Source: Octopus sinensis (lineage: Eukaryota). From it: DNA of 41,698 nucleotides. The notes beneath the pieces are model-generated. The model was not told the DNA's origin. It ran no database searches and saw only the letters and a program-made list of their open reading frames with translations. Position numbers and translations under genes: made by a program. Of the stretch, positions 11,196-22,177 are shown in pieces; position 1 is the stretch's first letter, and the number at the start of each line of letters is the position of its first letter. The stretch covers positions 1-41,698 of the forward strand of contig NW_021835238.1 in assembly GCF_006345805.1 (NCBI RefSeq), in the 5' to 3' direction.

Positions 11196-14100
11196 TTGGT
11201 AGACTGAGGCAAATTTCTACTGCATCACCTGCCACACCTCCGTGTTGCTGGTATGTGCGCAGCATTGTGTGTTCTTTCCTGCTGTTGGGAGTATGCGAAC
11301 TCTTTCCCAGTTCTGTATTGTGTTAGCATTTTTCCCTTTGAGATGTGGTATTGTCATTTGTTGTGTTACTTCCTGTATTGTGTGTTGCATGTGTACTGCG
11401 TTGGTTTTCTAGCTTGCTGGTGGGAGTTTATTTCGCTGGGTAAATGCTCTATTGAGTGTGTCTTGTATTTGTGAGTTGTTTTGTTTAGGTTCTGTTATTG
11501 GATTGATAGTAGGACTATATTTTGGACAGTATGTACTCTTGAAGATCAAGGTATAGCTTTTACATCTTTTTTCATACGAGTTTTCATCATGTCCAGCGCT
11601 CCAACAAATTATTATTGCTGTTGTCTTTACTTTCTGTCCCGCGTTTTGAATACTTCAATTTCGAGGTCTTGGTAAGGCAGCGAGCTGGCAGAAACGTTAG
11701 CAGACCGGGCGAAATGCTTAGCAGTATTTCGTCTGCCGCTATGATTTGAGTTCAAATACCGCCCAGGTCGACTTTGCCTTTCATCCTTTCAGGGTCGATT
11801 AAATAAGTACCAGTTACGCACTGGGGTCGATAAAATCGACTTAATCCGTTTACCTGTCATTGTTTGTCCTCTGTATGCTTAGCCCCTTGTGGGTAGCAAA
11901 GAAATAGAAATAAGTAGTTCGTCTCTCTTTATGTTCTGAGTTCAAATTCCGCCGAGATCGACGTTGCCTTTCATCCTTTCGGGGTCCATAAATTAAGTAC
12001 CAGTTACATAGTGGAGTCGATCTAATCGACTGACCCCCTCCCCCAAAACATTTCGGGCCTTGTGCCTAGAGTAGAAAAGTATTTAGGGGTCTTTGTACTT
12101 GGACAATTTCTTCACTTCTTTTTTGACAATATTTCGATCAGAAGGGACTGCGATGTCTATCAGTAAGCAGGAGATTTTTCCCCCCAGTCCTTGACTATTA
12201 TGACTGTATTATCTTTTATTTCTTTGTCGGTTTGAACCGGTTTATCCCAGATGATTGTGGCCTGATCGCTGTCCTGTACCTTGCTTGGCTCATGCTTATA
12301 CCACCTGCTGTCAGTTTTGGTGTGGTAATGTCGGGATATTGTCCAGTCGATGTAACTGCTCAATTTTCAGACTTGGGAAGGATTGGGCAGCCCGAGATGA
12401 TGTGGTCATCTGCCTCATTGTACTGGCTGCACATTCTGCATTTGGTGCTGAGGCCTGTTTTCATTATTTTGTTTTTATAATTGTTTGTAGCCAGGCATTA
12501 GTTTCTGTGCAACGAGAATCAGCCCTTCCGTTTCGGCTTTTAGTCCAGAGATTTTGAGCCATTGTTAGCTTTTACTTAGGTTCACTTCCTCTCTGTCAAG
12601 CCTTGCAGCGTACGATTTTCTCTCCATTTCTTCTTCAGTACTTTCTGTAATTCAGTTTTCATGTATTTTTTGTCTTTTACCATTTCTGCGATGTTGTCTG
12701 TTTTGTATTTTGTTGCCACCTTGTTTTTCTTTTTCGATTTCTTTAACTCATGTTGCTTTACTACATGCAGTAGTCTTCCCCTCTTTGTTTCTAAGTACTT
12801 TGCCTAGTCCAACTGTTGTTATTTTATAGTAGCTTTCTATGTGTATAAGGCCAATGCCTCCTTCAGATCAGGGTAGATATGTTCTGTCTGCGTCTGCTTT
12901 GAGGTGGTAACTTCGGTGCGCAGTTAGTAGTTTTAGGGTTTTTCTATCTACGTCTCTCAATTCACTGACCTTCCAGTTTATTACGTTAAAGCTGTTATTT
13001 ATGACTGGTATAACTAGCTTGTTTCTCCCTATTATTTTATTTTTAGTATTAAGTTCAGTGTTTGATATTAGTCTAACTCTTCTGTAATATTCTCTCCTAA
13101 TTTTCTCTTTCATTTGTGTGTGTTGTATTTTAGCTATCTCCTGAATCCCTAGATATTTGTATGGGCGGTTGTGTTTTAATTCTCTAATTTCTGTACCTAT
13201 GTCGAGTGCAATGTTTCCAGTGCTGAATAATTTGCCTCTTCTCAGTTTGACTTCGTCACGTTTACCCAGTCCCATGCTCATCCCGATGTCATTACTGAAA
13301 CTCTGAACATTCTTGAAATGGTTTCTCTGTTCCATGGTGCTTTTAGCGTAAAACTTTAGGTCATCCAGGTACATGGTTTATGTTTTTGTCCGTAGCACTT
13401 ATAACATATGCTGGTTTCGTTTAACAAGTTTGTTAGTGGGGTTAGAAAAAGGCAGAAATGCAGGGGTGACAGTGAGTCTCATTGGAAAATCCCTCTTCTT
13501 ATGGGTATAGGTTAGGTTTTTATAATTTGTGAGTCATTTTTTAATGTTAAACTGGTTTTCCAATTTGCCATTGCGTGTTTAATATATTTTAGTAGTGTTA
13601 GGGTTAACTTATTTGAGTGGAAAGACACCAGTATCCATGTGTGTGGAACACTGTCGAATGCTTTCTGATAATCATTCCAAGTCATGTTCAGGTGTGTCTT
13701 TCTCCTCTTACATTCCTCTATAATTGCTCGGTTTACCAGAAGTTGCTCTTTACAGCCATACATCCCTCTCCGGCACCCTTTTTGTTCTTCTGGTAAGATA
13801 TTTTTCTTTTCCAGTCGATTATAGATGTTACTGTTTTGTAGGATGTTTTATAGGCACGTGATTGGTCTGTAATTTTGTGGGTGTACGGTGTCTTTGTTTT
13901 TGGGGGAGTTAGGGTGGTTTGCCCTTCCAGCATCCAGTTTGCTGTTGATTCTGGATCACTTATCAATACACGTTGAACGCTGCTGCTAAGTGGTTATGGA
14001 TACCGGTGTTTTAACCAGAAGTTGGGGACCTTATCTATCCCCAGGGTTTTCCAGTTGCTAGTCCTTCTCAGTGTGTCCGTGATCTCTTGGCCTGTGATGG

Positions 14101-14568
14101 TGGGCCATATCTGTTGTTCTATTGCGTTCTTCCTTTCCTTTTCCCTATTAATCCACTGAGCATTTTGTGTTCTTGTTTGTTTTGCTCCATAATGCTTCTC
14201 AGTATGACTGAATCGCTGCTATGCGGCTATTTGCATCTCCAGATATTACAGGTCTCTTTTTGTGTGGTTGGTGTTTCTGAGTTTAGTGCTGAATGATAAT
14301 AAGCATCGATATATTCCTCCTTGGTCCATTTCTGTCTAGCATTTCTATTTCTTTGAGATAGGTTTGGTAGTGGAACCTGAGCGTCAGTTTCGGGAATATC
14401 CGTCATTTCATTTGCTACAGGATCTTGAGGAGGTTGGTCCTGATTTAAAGGCTTTTCGAGCTCGGTATCAGAACCTAAGCTCACTGATGAACACGTTCTT
14501 CGAACCGCACGGGTTCTAGCGGGTATTTCCATGGCTGGTGTCAAGGGCCGTGCTATAAGCACATAAGG
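11196..14568 (-). mobile_element. Near-full-length decayed R4/Dong-like LINE (single ORF: Myb-like, RT, CCHC, RLE)
   Basis: N-terminal RQKWTKEEYIDAYY (Myb-like); RT motifs [36 protein letters not shown]; CRMCSQYNEADDHIISGC knuckle; IIWDKPVQTD..CLLIDIAVPSD..KLSKY. Many stops, frameshifts and internal deletions. Confidence 0.92.
11675..12080 (+). mobile_element. SINE family B dimer (full copy plus 5'-truncated copy) inserted in the LINE
   Basis: Head AGGCAGCGAGCTGGCAGAAACGTTAG, body GACTTTGCCTTTCATCCTTTC(A/G)GGGTC twice; 17-bp degenerate TSD at 11658-11674 and 12081-12097 (14/17). Confidence 0.88.
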
Positions 14569-14683
14569 TTGTTGTTGTTGTTGTTGTTGTTGTTTTCTTC
14601 TTCTTCTTCTTCTTCTTCTTCTTCTTCTTCTTCTTCTTCTTCTTCTTCTTCTTCTTCTTCTTCTTCTTCTTCTTCTTCTTCTT
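14569..14683. repeat. (TTG)n(TTC)n microsatellite
   Basis: Direct reading. Confidence 0.97.
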
Positions 14684-14857
14684 GCCTTTGCATAGCTTCT
14701 AACGCTGGAGATGTACTACGGTGTCAGCTGTTCACTACTAGTAAACTATGGTAACACCCCTTATTTTTCGAGCACCTTCCGGAGTAATCGAGCGGTTCCA
14801 AGCGGTGCTGTTTCCTGCAAGTGCTCCACCCTTATTGAAGCCCCTATTTGTTCCATG
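14684..14857 (-). mobile_element. Very short 5'-truncated copy of the same RLE-LINE family as 7067-7621
   Basis: MEQIGASIRVEHLQETAPLGTARLLRKVLEK*, plus a 3' UTR nearly identical to 7545-7621. Confidence 0.9.
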
Positions 14858-14904
<47 letters not shown>

Positions 14905-15297
14905 GCGCGATATTGTCATTTAATATCAAGATTAAATGCAGCTGGGGTCCAGTTAGAATTTGCTTCAGGTCCTGAATAAGGTTTGTTTAAGGATGTTGAA
15001 CGAAACACCCATGTTTCCGAAGATAAATTATCCAAACCCCAAAGAATTCCTTTCAACACACAGCTATGACGTTCCCCACTACTTCTACTCGTGATCAGAG
15101 ATGCATTTATCATCAGCCACTAAGGGACATGCTCAACTGGTTACGGTCAAGCAACTGACAAGCAAATCTGTGGTATTGAGCGCAATATTTGTTGCAGCCC
15201 ATCTTTTATACCAAGACAAAACAATGTACATGATAACACTTCCAATCGGTTAAGATCAGAAGCCATGAGAGCCAGTATCTGGTACTGCATCAGGGCA
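14905..15297 (-). mobile_element. Unclassified interspersed repeat, copy 1 (microsatellite-flanked; strand arbitrary)
   Basis: Reverse complement (GGCTCTCATGGCTTCTGATCTTAACCGATTGGAAGTGTTATCATGTAC...) aligns by eye with 36609-37119. Confidence 0.75.
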
Positions 15298-15310
15298 TTT
15301 TACTATTATT

Positions 15311-15403
<93 letters not shown>

Positions 15404-16282
15404 TGTTGTTGTTGTTATTGTTGCTGTTGTCCTCTTAAGACACGATTTACAAGTTGTCGGTGAGTGTATTGAATGTTTGTCTGTTATTTGCTCATTTACT
15501 GATTTGTTGGCGAGTTTTGTTTTCCATTATAGTTGCGGAGTCAACAAAAACTCCAGAGGGCATTTTAATTGTTCTGTTTCTCGTCCCCTGGTATTACAAT
15601 TTGAAAACATTTTCGACAACTTCTTAAAAAAAATATAAGACAAAAAAAAGACAAAAATATAAAATAACGGCATTCAATCTGAAATATGGCGCAGTTCTTT
15701 GTGGACGAATCAGCGAGAGGGGGAGGAGTGGGAGATAATTTTGAAGAACTCCATTCCTTTTAACATTCCAAACCATCGCTTTTTTCCAATCAACAACACA
15801 ACCATCCACGCTACTTCCGCCATAGCGGGCAGTATTTAAATCAACAACAACAAAAACCTGTCAAAGTGCAGCTGCAGCAGCAACAGTAACAACAACAATG
15901 GCTGTCAAAATATAATTGCCAACAAGTCCAATGCTAAAGGCAACAGCATCAACATCGCCAACAGATGAACTGATGCAATGCCATGTAAAACCACCATCGC
16001 CGCCATCTTCAATCACCTCTTTCACAACTCTAGCAACGAACAGTAACAATATCACTGCCGCTATATTGCCCCAAACTAAACTATGATTTTATACCAACAA
16101 ATGCACCCCTCTACTCTTACATACACCAGTACAACATTATGAACCATATTCTTTCTATACAGATGAATGATTTTTTTTTTCAAGAACTCCCAGAAAAGCC
16201 GTAATTTGCGACACTGCCCCACGTTTAGCCTTTTGGAAATCCGATGCGAAACTGGTTAAGTTTGTGTTTAATTATTCCTTTA

Positions 16283-16623
16283 TACTTTTATTTGTGGCCA
16301 TGCTGGAGCACTACCTTTAGTCGAGCAAATCAACTCCAGGACTTATTCTTTGTAAGCCTAGTACTAATTATATCGGTTTCTATTGCCGAACCGCGAGGTT
16401 ACGGGGACTTAAACACACCAGCATCGGTTGTCAAGCGAAGTTGGGGGGGGGGGAAAACACAGACACACAATCATATACACATGCATATATATATATATAT
16501 ATATATATATCTATATATATATATATATATATAATATACATACATACATACATGCATACATACATACATACATAAATACATACATACATACATACATACA
16601 TGTGGTTGGTAAGCAAGCTACTT
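16283..16623 (-). mobile_element. SINE family A, 3' part (head interrupted by a 2.16-kb insertion)
   Basis: Tail TGGCCATGCTGGAGC..., internal microsatellites, then CATGTGGTTGGTAAGCAAGCTACTT; the rest of the head is at 18786-18827. Confidence 0.8.
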
Positions 16624-18785
16624 TATTTCATAAAAATTTGTCACAAAGGCATTACAAAGAGTAGCTGCGGGCTGGACATATACATTGATGGGGTAAATGA
16701 TGAAATAAGGATGGTATTGATGAGAGAAGAAAAAAACGCGCGCCGATTTTCTTCTTCTCTAAAACACTGTTCTTTTTTTTTTAAACAGAATAAACAAAGC
16801 GAGGTATTGAACCTCTCACGTCAGTTTTTACAGTTTTTGGACTTAATAGTCCATTACAAATATTAACATGCAAAAATATTCAATATACAATCAACACTGG
16901 TCCATTTACAAATGAGGCGCTGAACCCCTTACACATTATAACACTGAGGCTTTTCAAGCTCTTGTCAATTTTCCACCTCATAATCGCTTGTGACCGTGTA
17001 CTCCGCCATAACCCATGCTTCGTTTAAAATCACGGTGGGGTCCGAGGTGGCGTTACCCCGCCACGAGCGATATTCTTCTTTTAGTCCGTCCAGCATCATA
17101 AACAGGCGCAACGTTATGACCTCCACAGCTATCTGCGGAGGCCATTCGGGGTCTTGTGTGAAGACCAAAGGTATTCCCTCGTATTGTTCTTTCACCAACT
17201 TTTCCACCTTCCGCCTCTATAAAAGAAGACCAATGGTTTCTGGTCCATCGGGGCTGGGTCAGTTAATTCTACCGCTGGCGGCACAACTCCCGCCAATGGT
17301 GCCCTCCCGGTGGCACAACCTACAAGGCTCCGTGACACTCCGGCGTCATGTCTCCGACTGCCGGCAATGTCCCGTTTCTCCCCTTCCTCTTTTTTTTCTT
17401 CTCGACTGGGGGAGGGTGCATCTTCTCCGTGACCTGGAGATTCGCATCCCCTCTCTCATCCCCAGGATCCTTCGGTGAGCACCCATTATTGCTCTCCTTC
17501 CTCCTTTTGCGGCTCTTCTTTGAGAAGTCCTCCGTCTCTTCGGCCGCCTTCATTCCTTCTACTACAGAGGTCTCTGTCAACCGCTCCGGGACTTTGCTTT
17601 GCCCTTGAGAACTGTTCTTTTTTATATGGCCATGCTTCAAGCACCGATGACACTTGTGGGGGGGGCATCCCCCAAGAATCACCGGATACTTAGACGCGGC
17701 CATTCTCAAAAAGTCTGGAAATACCAGACTTTCGGCTGACTGGGTCCATAGAGTCAAAACAACTTTTGACCCTTCCTAGTCAGCCGCAGGCAGAATATTT
17801 ACGCTGAGGAGTTTGGTGCTACTGCCACCCAGACCTCGGCGGATAGTATCTCCTATGCACTGGGGCTGAACTCTGGGTGGCAAGCCGCAAACCCAAGCCG
17901 TCGTCAAACTTTCCCACAATAACTGAGAAGAAGCAAAATTTCATTACCTTCCAGGAGCTGACTTGCAAATTCACAGGCCACTTCTGGGGAGTCAAAGAGC
18001 AACCACACAGTTGTGTATTCAACCCCACGAGTGATAAACTTAATCGCTGGCTTAAATTCTGCCAGCTCTCTTTCGATTATATTCTTTCTGAAAACGGCAA
18101 TTGCGTCGAGGGGCCTAGAGTAGGTCCTCAAAACCACCGTCTTACTTTCAGGTTCTTTTAACCATTTTTTGGGTGGTGTAATTTCCCACTCCACCAACTT
18201 TTCATTGTTATTTGCCATGTTCTTTTTTAAAAGAGTCCAAAAATACAGTTGTTAAAATATAAATTAATTAAAGAAAAAGAAGGAAGATGAAAAAAGTCCA
18301 AACAAAAGGAAGGAAAGAGAAAAAAATCAACAGTTCAATAAAGTTTTTTTTTTTAAATCAAAGATAGAAGAAGGGAGAGCAACAGTTCAAAACACAGCAA
18401 AAGCCACTTGGTACTCCAGGTCAAAAGTTAACACAATTGTAAATCAGTTAAAAAATCATTCCAATTTTCTTTTAGGTACTCCTTAACAGGAACAGCACTA
18501 TTTTCAAACAAAAAGTTTGGCAGGATACGCCCACCAAACCAATAATTTTCACAATTAAATTAATAATATTTTCACTCAGCTTCAGGCAGACTAGAGTCTA
18601 GTGAGGACTTCTTGTTTGTAAAAATAAGTTGCGACATACAACAGGTCTCCTCTAGACCCCAAAGATTTTTACCTTAAGGCTGAGTTTCAAAAGTCTTCAA
18701 TTTAAGACGGCTTTCAAAAACACGTCTTACATCTTCGGTGTCAAACACAACTCTAATTCGCACATGTGCAATGAGGTAGCAATGA
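16624..18785 (-). mobile_element. TSD-bounded ORF1-only retroposon (L1/Tx1-type gag-like ORF1, no RT)
   Basis: 16-bp TSD GGTAAGCAAG(C/A)TACTT at 16608-16623 and 18786-18801; about 570-nt 5' UTR starting TCATTG; frameshifted ORF1; 3' end reads AATAAA at the TSD junction. Confidence 0.8.
16965..18218 (-). pseudogene. Frameshifted LINE ORF1 (gag-like nucleic-acid chaperone), about 410 codons
   Basis: Three consecutive ORF pieces; VILGGCPPHKCHRCLKHGHIKKNS is a C-X2-C-X4-H-X4-(C>S) knuckle preceded by the V..GxP motif typical of L1/Tx1 ORF1, followed by a basic tract. Confidence 0.7.
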
Positions 18786-18827
18786 GGTAAGCAAGATACT
18801 TACCGCGCAGCCACTCCTGCACCTATA
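18786..18827 (-). mobile_element. SINE family A head remnant (continuation of 16283-16623)
   Basis: GGTAAGCAAGATACTTACCGCGCAGCCACTCCTGCACCTATA matches the reverse-complemented family A 5' end. Confidence 0.8.
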
Positions 18828-18924
18828 TGTTTATATTTTAAAATTTTGAATAATTGCTCATATATTCTCTGCATTTTCAACTACATTTATTTTCCCCTCT
18901 ACTATTATTTGCTTGTATTAGCAC

Positions 18925-18965
<41 letters not shown>

Positions 18966-19224
18966 ACACCGAAACAGAAGTAGGATACAGAATGGACAGC
19001 AATCCATGCAAAATAATTGTTATGGTCTCTGCAGATAAAACTACACCAGGTCAAGAATTCTTATGATTTACATTGTACTCCAGGTGAATCCTGAATACCA
19101 ATATGTGACTTAAGGTGGACTAACCGATTATAATAGAGAAGAACTGAGTGAACCGTCAGTGGGGGCTAGTTGACGGTGTTAGTTCGAACGTGTTGGTTTA
19201 CCGTGCCATTTAAACGTATGTCGG

Positions 19225-21694
19225 TTTGTAAGTAAACATCTTTCTGACGCTTACTTACAAGTACAAGTGGAAGACGAATGTACTAAGCTGCTAACAATTA
19301 ACACCTATAAACGTTTGTACAAATTTAACCGGTTCCCGTTTGGCATAAAAGTTGCTCCGGCTATTTTCCGGCAAGTGATGGATGCGATGCTTGCAGAGTT
19401 CGACTTCGCGAGGCCTTCCTGGAAAATATATTAATTAAAAGTGAATCCTGTGATCAGCATGCCGAGTATGTGAAATGTGTTTTTGAAAAAATAAAAGATC
19501 ACGAAAATTACTATTTGTAAATCTCACAACGAGACATATTTAGTAACAGTACTTTGGAGTAAAGATTATTTGCCAACATATCATGGCAGTCCTGGTTTAG
19601 AACGAATTCTGCTGTAATTTAGTCTCGGGAGAGATCGTGTTGTATAGCCAGCAGGGGACGATGTGTCCTGAGGCTAAATTATAGCAACATTCGTCCTAAA
19701 CCAGGACTGGCATGTTATATTGCCAAATAATCTTTACTATAAAAGATTACGGTTTCAAAATGGGTGAGGAGAAATGCGAATTGTTCTTGCCTAAAATTAA
19801 GTACTTGAGACAAATTATTGATAAAAATAGCCTTCAACAAGGTCCGTTGATGGTAGATGCGATAAAAATTATGCCCTTTTTGACAAATATATCTACCTTA
19901 AAAGCGTTTTTGGGACTTGCAAACTATTATCAGATTTATATATCAAACATGTACAAGTTAAGAGCTCCACTAAATAATTTACTAAAAAAGATGTAAAGCG
20001 GAATTGGTCTGAAAAACTGTCTGAAGGCGTTCGACGAAATTAAAAAGACATTAACGTCAGATTTGTCTTTAGCCCATATCGATCCTGCATTGGAGATTGT
20101 ATTAGATTCAGATGCCAAAGAGTACGGTATCGAATCAGTAATTCTACATAAATACGAGGATGGTAACATGATGGCCGTGGCCCATGCCTCGCATTCTCTG
20201 CTAGTAGCAGAGAAAAATTACAGCCAAATTGAATAAGAAGCTCTAGCGATTATTTTCGCTGTAAAAAAAATCATAGATTCTTACACGGTAGAAGTTTTTG
20301 ACTACAGACTGACCATCGTCTGCTATTATCTCTATATGGGTCGAAGAAAAAAAACTAAATTACTAAATTACGATTTTCAGATAGAGTTTATACCATCTAA
20401 GAAATTAAGAGTCGCTGATTGTTTATCAAGATTGATGCCAAAAAATTACTGAACCGTTTGTGGACACTGTGACTGTAGTATTGCGAACAGAAAACGAAAC
20501 GAAAAATATTTTATGCAATGTTGTACGAGAATTAGCAGTTACATTAAACTAAATGACGAATTTATTAATAAAAAGAAAGGAAATCTGTGTGCCGAAAAAA
20601 GAAACAAAAATATGTGTTTTACAGAACGCAACACGAATTCAAACCTGTTCTCCATTTGTGACAACGCGCTAATGCACACCAAGTGTGGTAGTACCGTCCA
20701 TTCTACAAAAACGAATACTGAAAGAATTTCACACTGGTTACAAGGGGATTTCAAGAATGAAATCGTTGATAAGAAGCTATGTGTATTGGCCAAGAATGAA
20801 CGGAGAGATCGAAGAACTAGTGAAAGTATGCAGAGGCTGTTCTCTAGCAATAAAATCACCGACAACAAGATGGCATCTGTGGCCAAAAACAGATATCCAA
20901 TGGTGCAAACAACATGTTGATATCGCAAGTCTGCTTAACGGTTTCCATTACTTTGTTGTGATGGACAGTTTTTCTAAGAGGGCTGAAGTACATAAAGAAC
21001 TGACATTCTCGGTTACAGTAAGTGTTTTACACGAACTGTTCGCCAGATATGGTATTCCTGACACAATTGTGACAGACACTGGAACTCAGATTATTGCAGA
21101 TTAGTTTTTAAAATTCCGTAAAACGCTCTCTATCAAACATGTGACCATTCGCCGTATCATCCTAGGTCAAAAGAAGTTGAACAACGGGATAATGGATGAC
21201 CTAGCACTTCAACAGTTTTTAAGGATATATCGAGCGAAACCAAATCCCAAAACTCCGTCTGGAAAGTCACCTGCAGAATTAATGTTCGCTTGGAAGATAA
21301 GCTCCGTGTTCGATATGTTGTTATCGGGTAAAAAACGAAAAAAAAAAATTGGACAATAAATATAAATCAAAACTTTTCAAAATTGGTGACAAAGTTTTCT
21401 TCAAAATGTATAAAAACGGTAAAGAAATATGAGAAGATAGAGTGATTACTAAACAGATTGGCAAAGTGTCATTTTTGGTAAAAGGTTTCAACTGCGAACA
21501 TAAAAGACATATAAATCTAATTAAAAATGGTTTACTGAGGAAACGGTCACAAGAAACGAAATTCTGGTGGAAGAATATGGAGAAAAAGTTCGCCATTGAT
21601 GACAAGGGATTTGTCAGAAGGTGAATCCAAAATCTACGTTTGAGTACTAGGTGAGGAGTCAGCCCATTGTCCCTACTTAAAGCAAGAAATGTAT
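19225..21694 (+). mobile_element. Decayed Ty3/Gypsy LTR retrotransposon pol (RT, RNase H, integrase)
   Basis: SDAYLQV..FPFGIKVAPAIF; FLGLANYY; DSDAKEYG..AEKNYSQIE..TDHR..ADCLSR; integrase YVYWPRM..CRGC..HVD..DSFSK..LFARYGIPDTIVTD. RT-RH-IN order is Gypsy. Confidence 0.93.
19558..19738. mobile_element. Foldback MITE (roughly 180-bp near-perfect palindrome) interrupting the Gypsy RT
   Basis: Left AGTAAAGATTATTTGCCAACATATCATGGCAGTCCTGGTTTAGAACGAAT versus reverse-complemented right AGTAAAGATTATTTGGCAATATAACATGCCAGTCCTGGTTTAGGACGAAT; pairing continues to a roughly 19-nt loop. Confidence 0.85.
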
Positions 21695-21967
21695 TGTTGT
21701 ATATATAATAAGTAATACTTACATAAATATTAACATGATGTTAACGGTGATCACGCAATCCCCACCCTCACACACGGAGACTTCTAGGGAATTCCGAGTC
21801 ACCCTGTTCTTCAGAAGCACCATGACAAGTGTTCTTCTCTCGTCCGTAATTTTGAACCTACAGAAACACACTTTCGGTCGGTCCATTCACTTGCGCCTTT
21901 CTCACTCCATTCGCCCACTTTTCTACGTAAGGTGACGCTGGACAACGTGAACGAGAGTTATGTAACA
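21695..21967 (+). mobile_element. Probable 3' LTR of the Gypsy element
   Basis: Starts TGTTGTATA and ends TATGTAACA (7/9 inverted termini), after a weak purine-rich tract; no partner LTR seen. Confidence 0.4.
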
Positions 21968-22177
21968 GAGAAACACACACACACAAAAACTATACAAAGA
22001 ATAAACCATTGGATGGTTGAGAGAAGGATTGTGAAACAAGAACTACGTTGCGGTCCAAATGCATCATAGAATATAATCAGAAATAGTATTATCCACCCGA
22101 TTCGATTAAAAAAAGTGGATTCGAATTGGAGAGTAAAGAATCCTTAAAGCAGAAGTGATAAAATCCAGAGAATAGAA

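Noticed and set aside
14480-14568. HDV-like ribozyme at the LINE 5' end
   Set aside because: Only simple hairpins were found; the nested double-pseudoknot elements could not be assigned.
15245-15297. Resemblance to U2 snRNA (TAAGATCA, CTGGTACTGCA)
   Set aside because: Only two short words match; the branch-point recognition sequence and Sm site are absent.
15860-16145. S/T/P/A-rich near-open frame on the plus strand
   Set aside because: It has an internal stop, derives from degenerate (CAN)n simplicity, and shows no recognisable domain or splice support.
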